Origin: Bacteroidia bacterium
Lineage (GTDB): Bacteria > Bacteroidota > Bacteroidia > Chitinophagales > JAUHXS01
Reading direction: 5' to 3'
NCBI GenBank assembly: GCA_030426955.1
Contig: JAUHXS010000001.1
Location: 82,661-146,660 of the forward strand
Length of the DNA stretch: 64,000 nucleotides
Numbering within the stretch: position 1 is the first letter of the stretch; each line of letters starts with the position of its first letter. This document shows, one piece after another, positions 10,201 through 16,569 of this stretch. The notes under the pieces are model-generated. The model searched no databases. It was not told where the DNA came from and saw only the letters and a list, made by a program, of their open reading frames with translations. Position numbers and translations under genes: made by a program.

Positions 10201-10744
10201 TCAAAAGAATGACTTGTTGAATGCCAAGCAGTCACTATTAGATACAATCGATGAGATTGATGGGATTGCCAAAGAAAAATTCTTAAACGCCTTTACTGAA
10301 GCAAGGGAAAACTTCATCAAAGTGTTTCACAGTTTATTTTCGGAGGAAGATCAATGTGATTTGATCTTATCAGATGAAGAAAATCCATTAGAAGCAAAAA
10401 TTGAGATTATTGCAAAGCCAAAAGGAAAGAAACCACTGACAATCAATCAGCTTTCAGGTGGAGAAAAAACGCTGACGGCAACAGCTTTGTTATTTTCATT
10501 ATATCTCTTGAAACCAGCACCTTTCTGTATTTTTGATGAGGTGGATGCTCCTTTAGATGATACGAACATTGCTAAGTTTAACAATATTATCAAAGACTTC
10601 TCTAGCGAGTCTCAGTTTATCATTGTCACACATAATAAACAAACCATGTCTTTTATGGATGTGATTTACGGCGTGACTATGGCCGAGGAAGGTGTGTCGA
10701 AGTTAGTTCCTGTTGATTTCAGGGCTTTGAAGAAGGCGAGTTGA
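7223..10744 (+). CDS. smc: chromosome segregation protein SMC
   Basis: 1173 aa. It has Walker A GPNGCGKSN, long coiled coils with a central hinge, the C-terminal signature LSGGEKTLTA, and Walker B FCIFDEVDAPLD. Confidence 0.95.
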   Translation: MRLVSLETKGFKSFADKTVINFNDNITGIVGPNGCGKSNVIDSIRWVLGEQKTSALRSDKMENVIFNGSKKRKASSLAEVSLTFENTKNVLPTEYTTVTITRMLYRNGESEYKLNGISCRLKDITNLFLDTGIGSDSYAIIELGMVDEILNDREHSRRRLFEQAAGISKYKTRKRETLNKLSATEGDLNRVEDLLFEINDNLKSLESQARRTKRYYQLKEEYQTFSVEHAKHTLSGFGEQFKRLKQQQQENEDKRSKVEVDFKSIDSTVEKEKLQSLEKEKQLSSLQKELNEKLHKLREQENQKNLFSEKAKFLTEKRESVTQQISDLKDQNNFLAEEIKALEVKKNEEQALFDKAQKELEQLLKEKEKHSTEYEKAKKELGEVRISLQTKEREYYELEKKLEVNTSQLENLKSSLELSLTEKDSREGELKALTKELKEKEQELDSESAKIKKLEAQQETIEQAIGEARGTIDTEQQKLVDLNRKLDAKQNEYDLTKDLVDSLEGFPESVRFLKKEVAVTKNAPLLSDIISCGEEYRVAIENYLEPYLNHYVVNNREEAIVAINILSDASKGRANFFLLDQFKAEKEKKGKVDGVWATDVIDVEQRYTSLCRYLLRNVVLVDGNDVSPNDDEIYVSKNGKFVQSSRIVSGGAVGLFEGKRIGRGKNLEKLKKEIDQLNTEINKCKKQIDQASVALKKQEEASRLDAIRGFKDSWNIKNSQFISLKAKVEGLAELIKNNNDKEEDAAQKVKILEAENENVQKQLVGVKELKSSLQLRLEKREEGFREIDKQHELTSQTYNSNNIEVHKLQNALNSTIQQLTYKEEQLKSNQSKIEANQQALKDADDQIKNSFSNSTDLEKSLIKLYEEKEAFEKKLNVSEENYYKSKGNVNELEQQLKELSRQKEQLDTLLNEIREKVNELKLTTTSIRERLSVEFNIDVNEIINQEPDPKYNADVVAEKVEKLKGRLDNYGEINPMAVEAFDEMQKRFDFITNQKNDLLNAKQSLLDTIDEIDGIAKEKFLNAFTEARENFIKVFHSLFSEEDQCDLILSDEENPLEAKIEIIAKPKGKKPLTINQLSGGEKTLTATALLFSLYLLKPAPFCIFDEVDAPLDDTNIAKFNNIIKDFSSESQFIIVTHNKQTMSFMDVIYGVTMAEEGVSKLVPVDFRALKKAS

Positions 10745-10780
10745 TTCCTGCTGATATGTTTCTATTTATTATTTCACTCT

Positions 10781-10916
10781 GTCATATTGATCCGCCAACT
10801 GGCGGAGAAAAATCTACCTTTGAGGTAATAGATGTTAGATGTCTCGTGCCTCGACATGACAAAGGCTTTAGGTTTTTGATTTATCGTGTCATATCGAGCA
10901 GAGCGAGATATCCACC
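10781..10916 (+). repeat. composite repeat: full GTCAT...ATGAC unit (10781-10860), spacer, and a left-half unit (10888-10916)
   Basis: The full unit is GTCATATTGATCCGCCAACTGGCGGAGAAAAATCTACC...GTTAGATGTCTCGTGCCTCGACATGAC, followed by AAAGGCTTTAGGTTTTTGATTT and GTCATATCGAGCAGAGCGAGATATCCACC. The same composite recurs at 11331-11461 and 14328-14448. Confidence 0.85.
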
Positions 10917-10940
10917 TTTGATTAAATAAGGAAAGAAGTT

Positions 10941-11246
10941 TTAATAACTCCAAATACCCTTATTTAAAGAAAGCCAATTAGGATTATCCTTTTCAATGAG
11001 TTTATCCTTTCGCTCCCTTTTCCATCCTTTGATTTCTTTTTCTCGTTCGATAGCATGATTTATATCACTATGCCTTTCCCAATAAACTAAATTGTAACAA
11101 TAATATTTTCTCGCAAAAGTTGCTGATTGACCTCTGTTTTCAAAATGCTCGTTTAATCTTCTTTCCAGATCATTAGTAACACCAGTATATAATGTTGTTT
11201 TCTTTGGATTGGTGACGATGTATACAAAATAGTTGCCAGCGTTCAT
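10941..11246 (-). CDS. stand-alone GIY-YIG nuclease family protein
   Basis: 101 aa. YFVYIVTN...LYTGVTNDLERRLNEH...EREKEIKGWKRERK matches the small single-domain GIY-YIG (URI-domain) family. Confidence 0.85.
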   Translation of the reverse strand: MNAGNYFVYIVTNPKKTTLYTGVTNDLERRLNEHFENRGQSATFARKYYCYNLVYWERHSDINHAIEREKEIKGWKRERKDKLIEKDNPNWLSLNKGIWSY

Positions 11247-11278
11247 GATCTAAAGTTAAGCATTTGTAGCATTACAGA

Positions 11279-11306
11279 AGGTTAGATGCTTCATTCTTCA
11301 GTATGA
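11279..11306. repeat. degenerate right-half repeat unit
   Basis: GGTTAGATGCTTCATTCTTCAGTATGAT resembles the GGTAGAT...ATGAC right half, with a degenerate terminus. Confidence 0.5.
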
Positions 11307-11330
11307 TATTTCTTTTATTATTGAATTGCC

Positions 11331-11461
11331 ATCATTTTTATTTACCGTCTGACGGAGAAAGTTCCCATTTGAGGCAATGAGAAGGTAGATGTCTCGTGCC
11401 TCGACATGACAAAGTGTTTAGGTTTTGATTTTGTCATATTGAGCGTAGCGAAATATCTAAC
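11331..11461 (+). repeat. composite repeat (second copy): 80-nt unit, spacer, and a left-half unit (11433-11461)
   Basis: Sequence is ATCAT...TACCGTCTGACGGAGAAAG...GGTAGATGTCTCGTGCCTCGACATGAC AAAGTGTTTAGGTTTTGATTTT GTCATATTGAGCGTAGCGAAATATCTAAC. It is colinear with 10781-10916. Confidence 0.8.
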
Positions 11462-11503
11462 TTATTTATAGTGTATCACTCACAATGGAAATGTATAAAT
11501 GAG

Positions 11504-14149
11504 TTAGTTCTTTATCACTTTTTTGTAATATTTATTACCGCCTTGTGTGATTTCTAGCATATAAATACCCTGGTCTAACCCTGACAAGTATAACGTTGCT
11601 TTACCATTTGCTTTTGTGTACATCAAATGGTGACCAGATAAATCCGTTAGCCTGACTTCAAAGTTTGATAAGCCCGAAATATTTAGCTCATTTTTAGTAG
11701 GGTTTGGAATAACGTGAAAATCTATCTTGTCTGCATAAGATAAACTGGTTGTATCTTCTACACATTTTTGAAGTGAATTAGAATATTTCAATACAATGTT
11801 TGTTAATTGTTTTGATTCATTCGTAATGGTAAATTCAGGTGGATTACTATTATCAATATTTACATCATCTGCCCAAATGTAATAAGTTCCAAGTGGAAGG
11901 TTTGCAAAAGAAAAGTTGCCCTCAGCATTAGTTTGGGTATATGTCATCGGCTTATCCTGATCATTCATTAAAATTAAAAACAAACTTGACACTGGAGTAC
12001 CATCACAGTCTAAAACCTTTCCTGCTCCTTCATTGATATTGCCACCAATAAAACCAGGGCCACCTGGGTTTTGACCTGCTATCGTTTTGATATTAACTTC
12101 TTCTGTATCACAGCTATTAATAATAATTGGTGTTGCATTCAAGAAGGTTAGCGTGGAATCAAAGTACGTTGGCATTTCATTCGGGTAGGTGACTGAATCA
12201 GGAATTACTTTTAAGTAAATTTTGGGAGCATAAGTATTAAATTGATACATTCCAGCTACATCGGTAAAAGTAGAGTCTAGTAAATAAACACTGTCATTTA
12301 AATTATCGTAACCGACTAGGTAAGTAAGCGTGTTGGGTAACGCGGATGCATTACTAGTAGTTATTACTCCTTTAATATACTTTAATGTATCTTGAATAGT
12401 AAGGTCTAACACCATAAAGCTATCGCAACCTGCATTGTTGAGTATCGTGTCATAGTAGATGCCAGTAGTATCATAAATATCTCCGTTCCAAGTATAGACG
12501 CCACAAGATGTGACAATAGACATGGAGTTGGAATTATTTGTTTCTAAGTTGATTTCGTAAATACAGTCACAGCTATTAACACTTTGAACAGTATCTTTAT
12601 ATACTCCACTTTGAGTCCATGTTTCGCCACTGGGGGATATATATAAATCACAAGTAGCGGTATCAAGTCTATCTAGGTTTGTATTTAGTTTTAGTAAAAA
12701 AATATCCTGATGATCTATGCTATTAGGGTTAGTCGAGCTCATATTAATATTTGCTACCAACGTGGTGTCATAGTCTATTTTTTCTAAGTTTAAAGAATCG
12801 CGAAAAATACCAGCAATGAATAATCCATCAAAGTCATCGCTTACAAAGCTTTGAATAGATTCTTTATAAGCTCCACCAAGTTGCCTCGTCCATTGTACTT
12901 TTCCTGAATCAGAAACTTTTTGAATTATGATATCTGAATACCCATTTGATGCTATATAAATACTATCTTTGTCACACTCACTGACAGTATTTATAGTGTC
13001 CTCAAATATTCCCGCTATATAAATGTTGTTTCGTTTATCTCTGGTTAATAGCCTATGACCATAATTACCAGGCATGGGTATATCAGAAGCCCATTTAAAA
13101 TCTGCATTACTGGTCATTTGTACCAAAAAAATACTTGACGGTTCTTTAGCTATTAATTTAAACTCTGAAGCTCCCAAGTCAAAGTCTACAGTGTCGTTAA
13201 ATGAACCACTTATAGTTATATCATTAGTTTTATCATCTATTACGAGTCCCGACCCTGTCTCGTCTTTTTTTCCTCCTAAACGATGTAGCCAAAGCATATT
13301 GCCATCAGAATCTATCTTAAAGATAAACACATCAGATTCTTCTGTTGGATTTAAGGAAGATAATGTATCAGTTTTAATAGTTGATTTTATAACTAAAGTA
13401 TCAAAGAGATTGCCTAAGAAACAAATGTCTCCCTGTTTAGTGGCATCAAAACTAAAGCTGCTAAAGATTGAAAAATCATTTATTAAATGAGTATACCATT
13501 GGTATGCTCCATATTTATTAAACTTGAGAATACAAGCATTAATCTCATCCCCGAGATATTCAATCAAAGTATCTTGTCCGTAAATCAGGGTATTACGGAA
13601 TACAGAGTTTAAATATAAATTCTCAAAAGTATCTATTGTAAAACTTGGGAAAACGTTAAAGGTTGAAGTTCTCAAACCATTAATCCATACTAAATTACAA
13701 CTAGTATCTAATTTTGCGATAAAGTTGTGTGTAGCTGTGAAGCCAAGGTCGTAGTTATAGGTTATTGAAGTATCGTTATAGAAGTTAAGCGGATTACTAT
13801 TGGAACTTCCAAATAGATAGATATTACCAGTATGTCCAATGGCTAAAGATATTGATGCGTCTTCCTCGCTTCCGCCTATTTGTTTTACCCAAATCAGATT
13901 ACCTACTGTATCTGTTTTAACTATAAAAATATCTGTTTTTCCTTCCGAAACTAGCGTATCATTTTCAATAATGGTAGTGTCTTCAAATACGCCAGTAACA
14001 TATATGTAGCCAAGAGGACCATAGACTATTTCACTTGTAATATCATAATATCCCGCTCCCCAACTTTTCACCCATTCAGCAGATTGCCCATAAGAGGTGA
14101 AGCCACTAAACAAGAACAGTAGTACTGCTAAGGGTATTAATTTTTTCAT
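11504..14149 (-). CDS. T9SS type A sorting domain-containing surface protein with beta-propeller-like repeats
   Basis: 881 aa with a signal peptide. Repeated ...IYVTGVF.../...DIFIVK...G...W segments look like SBBP-type propeller blades. The C-terminal IPNPTKNELNISGL...GIYMLEITQGGNKYYKKVIKN is a Por_Secre_tail-type CTD. Confidence 0.8.
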   Translation of the reverse strand: MKKLIPLAVLLFLFSGFTSYGQSAEWVKSWGAGYYDITSEIVYGPLGYIYVTGVFEDTTIIENDTLVSEGKTDIFIVKTDTVGNLIWVKQIGGSEEDASISLAIGHTGNIYLFGSSNSNPLNFYNDTSITYNYDLGFTATHNFIAKLDTSCNLVWINGLRTSTFNVFPSFTIDTFENLYLNSVFRNTLIYGQDTLIEYLGDEINACILKFNKYGAYQWYTHLINDFSIFSSFSFDATKQGDICFLGNLFDTLVIKSTIKTDTLSSLNPTEESDVFIFKIDSDGNMLWLHRLGGKKDETGSGLVIDDKTNDITISGSFNDTVDFDLGASEFKLIAKEPSSIFLVQMTSNADFKWASDIPMPGNYGHRLLTRDKRNNIYIAGIFEDTINTVSECDKDSIYIASNGYSDIIIQKVSDSGKVQWTRQLGGAYKESIQSFVSDDFDGLFIAGIFRDSLNLEKIDYDTTLVANINMSSTNPNSIDHQDIFLLKLNTNLDRLDTATCDLYISPSGETWTQSGVYKDTVQSVNSCDCIYEINLETNNSNSMSIVTSCGVYTWNGDIYDTTGIYYDTILNNAGCDSFMVLDLTIQDTLKYIKGVITTSNASALPNTLTYLVGYDNLNDSVYLLDSTFTDVAGMYQFNTYAPKIYLKVIPDSVTYPNEMPTYFDSTLTFLNATPIIINSCDTEEVNIKTIAGQNPGGPGFIGGNINEGAGKVLDCDGTPVSSLFLILMNDQDKPMTYTQTNAEGNFSFANLPLGTYYIWADDVNIDNSNPPEFTITNESKQLTNIVLKYSNSLQKCVEDTTSLSYADKIDFHVIPNPTKNELNISGLSNFEVRLTDLSGHHLMYTKANGKATLYLSGLDQGIYMLEITQGGNKYYKKVIKN

Positions 14150-14182
14150 ATATGATCGTATCTATTTCTTAACCAGGTGAGA

Positions 14183-14190
14183 CAAATATA
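14183..14190 (-). promoter_or_regulatory. candidate -7 promoter box (TATATTTG) for the 11504-14149 gene
   Basis: Exact TAnnTTTG on the minus strand, 33 nt upstream of the ATG at 14149. Confidence 0.4.
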
Positions 14191-14241
14191 CTGGAATTGC
14201 TTATTTGATTCAAGTACAAATTATGGCAATTGTACGGATAA

Positions 14242-14300
14242 GTTGCTATGTCTCGTACTCCTGCCTTGCTGGAGTGCAACGCAGGCAGGTCGGCAGGATA
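14242..14300. repeat. partial right-half repeat carrying the CCTGCC...GGCAGG sub-hairpin module
   Basis: Sequence is GTTGCTATGTCTCGTACTCCTGCCTTGCTGGAGTGCAACGCAGGCAGGTCGGCAGG. The sub-hairpin at 14262-14291 matches 14681-14710 at 25 of 30 positions. Confidence 0.7.
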
Positions 14301-14327
14301 AGGGAGGATGAACTTTATAACGATACT

Positions 14328-14399
14328 GTCATATTGAGCGTAGCGAAAAATCTACCTTTGAGGTAATAGAAAGGTGGATGTCTCTTGCCTCGACATGAC
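14328..14399 (+). repeat. GTCAT...ATGAC repeat, full unit (72 nt, the cleanest copy)
   Basis: Sequence is GTCATATTGAGCGTAGCGAAAAATCTACCTTTGAGGTAATAGAAAGGTGGATGTCTCTTGCCTCGACATGAC. Confidence 0.85.
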
Positions 14400-14422
14400 A
14401 AAGGGTTTAGATTTTTGATTTT

Positions 14423-14588
14423 GCTATATTGATCCGCAACGTACCGTCGTCATGTTCCTACGCTGAAGCTTCAGCACAAGCGTAAGGCTATAGCCGTCGG
14501 AGAATGGCGGAGAAACCCGCCTGACGGCGAGGCAGGTATCTATCTTTTTTGACAACAAGAAGTTAGATGCTTCGTGCCTCAGCATGAC
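14423..14588 (+). repeat. left-half fragment (14423-14448) followed by an expanded full unit (14449-14588) with extra internal palindromes
   Basis: Sequence is GCTATATTGATCCGCAACGTACCGTC, then GTCATGTTCCTACGCTGAAGCTTCAGCACAAGCGTAAGG...CCGTCGGAGAATGGCGGAGAAACCCGCCTGACGGCGAGGCAGGTATCTATC...AGTTAGATGCTTCGTGCCTCAGCATGAC. It contains the perfect palindrome GCTGAAGCTTCAGC. Confidence 0.7.
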
Positions 14589-14616
14589 ATTGAAGGATGG
14601 TTTTGCTAATTATCCT

Positions 14617-14718
14617 GTCATATTGAGCGTAGCGAAATATCTACCTTTGGGGTAATGGTAAGGTAGATGTCTCGTGCCTCTGCCTTGCCGGAGCATAACG
14701 CAGGCAGGTTGACATGAC
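14617..14718 (+). repeat. GTCAT...ATGAC repeat, full unit with a 30-nt nested hairpin insertion (14681-14710)
   Basis: Sequence is GTCATATTGAGCGTAGCGAAATATCTACC...GGTAGATGTCTCGTGCCTC[TGCCTTGCCGGAGCATAACGCAGGCAGGTT]GACATGAC. Without the bracketed segment it matches 14328-14399, 10781-10860 and 11331-11410. Confidence 0.85.
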
Positions 14719-14745
14719 ATAACAAGGTGTGGAATTAATATATGT

Positions 14746-15318
14746 CTAATAAGGTGTTCCTTCAGTTCTCTTTTTCTGAAGTGCTTCACAATACCAATTG
14801 TACTCAGACAAGAATTTTTTAATTCTCTTTTCATAAGCTTTATCAATGGCATTGCCGTTTTCGTCAAAGGAATCCTGAACTTTAGAAATTGGAAAAAGAG
14901 AAGGTAGAGTAACCATCCCTAGCTCACCTAATACTGCCCTTAAATGAACCGCTACTCGAACGCCACCGAAAGTGCCGGCAGAATAACAAGCAATACCAGC
15001 CGGCTTGAAGAAATACTCACTTTGGAAGTAGTCTAAAAGATTTTTAAGGGAAGCTGGAATACTATGGTTATATTCTCCAGATACAATCATGAATCCGTCT
15101 GCTTTTTTTAGAATTTGAGCAACTTGCTCTAATGATTCAGGAGCTTGTCCTTCTTCATATTCTTTATACATCTTATCTAAGAATGGTAGGTCATAAGCTT
15201 TGGCATCAACTAAAATTGCTTCGTTTCCTTCGGCATTGATTTGATTTACAATAAACTTGGCCGCTTTTATTCCTTGTCTGTTAGATCTGTGAGATCCGTA
15301 TATTACTGCAGTTGTCAT
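14746..15318 (-). CDS. NAD(P)H-dependent FMN reductase-family oxidoreductase
   Basis: 190 aa and flavodoxin-like. Contains MTTAVIYGSHRSNRQG...MIVSGEYNHSIPASLKNLLD, typical of the PF03358-type family. Confidence 0.8.
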   Translation of the reverse strand: MTTAVIYGSHRSNRQGIKAAKFIVNQINAEGNEAILVDAKAYDLPFLDKMYKEYEEGQAPESLEQVAQILKKADGFMIVSGEYNHSIPASLKNLLDYFQSEYFFKPAGIACYSAGTFGGVRVAVHLRAVLGELGMVTLPSLFPISKVQDSFDENGNAIDKAYEKRIKKFLSEYNWYCEALQKKRTEGTPY

Positions 15319-15349
15319 GTTGTTGAAACGACTTATAGCGTTATAAAGT

Positions 15350-16018
15350 TCATTGCTTTATGAGTAATTGTCTAATTGCAGTAAAATGAGATAATAGTAC
15401 GATAGGAACTACAACGCCTGGTAGCAAACAAAAAGGGTAGTATAAAATACCAATATTGGGTTGATCAAATGATATTTGTTGCATTGGTCCGGGAATGGCT
15501 AAGACAGATGTGATCACCACATTTAATAATAATCCCAAGCAGACAAAGTTCCATATTAATAATCCTTTTTTACCGAGTGACTTCTTTCTAAAAACCAGAT
15601 AAGCCACAATTGGAGCAGATATTCCCGATAGAATGTCCCAGTTACTACCCTCAAATGTTTGCCAAATGGAAATTAAACCAAAGTGGTAAAGTAATGCTAA
15701 TACGATCTCAACAGGTATTCTGATTACACTTAAGTAAGTTATTGTTTCTAAGTTGATTTGATCAATAAAGATTTTGCCCTTTTTAGTATTAAATAAAACT
15801 AACATAGCCACTAGCGTGGGAGCAAAAGCTAAAAAGAGTTTAGGGGGAAATTCTGTGTCCAGAAAAACCTTATTAAGACCAAGTGCTGTAAGTAAGGTTA
15901 TCCAAATACCAGCAATAACTAAGAAATTTGTTGATTTAGATGCTAGATAGAACCATAAAACAGTAACAATAGTAATTGTAATAAACAATATAGAGACGTA
16001 ATATGGTGCGGTGCTCAT
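15350..16018 (-). CDS. hypothetical polytopic membrane protein
   Basis: 222 aa with 6-7 hydrophobic segments. A 4-nt overlap with the upstream SRPBCC gene suggests co-translation. Confidence 0.5.
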   Translation of the reverse strand: MSTAPYYVSILFITITIVTVLWFYLASKSTNFLVIAGIWITLLTALGLNKVFLDTEFPPKLFLAFAPTLVAMLVLFNTKKGKIFIDQINLETITYLSVIRIPVEIVLALLYHFGLISIWQTFEGSNWDILSGISAPIVAYLVFRKKSLGKKGLLIWNFVCLGLLLNVVITSVLAIPGPMQQISFDQPNIGILYYPFCLLPGVVVPIVLLSHFTAIRQLLIKQ

Positions 16019-16485
16019 GATTTTTTCGAAAATTTCTGTTCAACTGCAATTGTTCGGTAATCAAATATTTCCTTTAACTTACTTTTTATAAAAAGACTAT
16101 TGGCAATACTCCCTAAAAAACCAAACGGTGGCTGATAGCTTACTATATCCTTCATTAATACGCTGCCGTATTCTTGTTTGGATAAAATATGTTGATGGTG
16201 CCAAATGTTGTATGGACCAACCCTTTGTTCATCTACAAAGTATTCTTTATCTCTTACGTGTGTGATTTCTGTTACCCACGTTGTTTTGATTCCTAAAAGG
16301 GGGCTAACTTTATATTGAATAATCATACCAGCATACATTTTCTCAGGTAAATCCTTTGACATGATATCAAAACCCATATAGTCTGGGGTAATTTCTTTAA
16401 GGTTTTTAGGAGACGATATAAAATCCCATACTGTATCAATTGATGCGGGGATAAGTTGTTCAGCGGTAAATTGAAATAGTGGCAT
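16015..16485 (-). CDS. SRPBCC (START/Bet v1-like) family protein
   Basis: 156 aa. The size and sequence pattern (IPASIDTVWDFISSPKNLKEITPDYMGF...) are typical of SRPBCC ligand-binding proteins. Confidence 0.6.
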   Translation of the reverse strand: MPLFQFTAEQLIPASIDTVWDFISSPKNLKEITPDYMGFDIMSKDLPEKMYAGMIIQYKVSPLLGIKTTWVTEITHVRDKEYFVDEQRVGPYNIWHHQHILSKQEYGSVLMKDIVSYQPPFGFLGSIANSLFIKSKLKEIFDYRTIAVEQKFSKKS

Positions 16486-16569
16486 TGTCGTATTTTATCT
16501 TGATAAATATACGTTGCCAGTTTTTAAAATACGATCATCAAAGTAGGAATTAGTATTCAAAAGGATATA

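Noticed and set aside
10741-10929. 62-aa plus-strand ORF immediately after smc
   Set aside because: It is a translation of the GTCAT...ATGAC repeat composite. The same DNA recurs at non-coding sites in other frames and orientations, so it is not a gene.
14150-14745. Possible CRISPR array, because of many short GC-rich repeats in a non-coding gap
   Set aside because: The repeats are palindromic arms in inverted pairs with irregular spacing. There is no constant repeat length or unique spacers, no cas genes are in the window, and the same units are dispersed singly elsewhere.
14610-14867. 85-aa minus-strand ORF overlapping the 3' end of the FMN reductase gene
   Set aside because: Its C-terminal half is repeat DNA (14617-14718). 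Its N-terminal half overlaps the well-supported 14746-15318 CDS out of frame.
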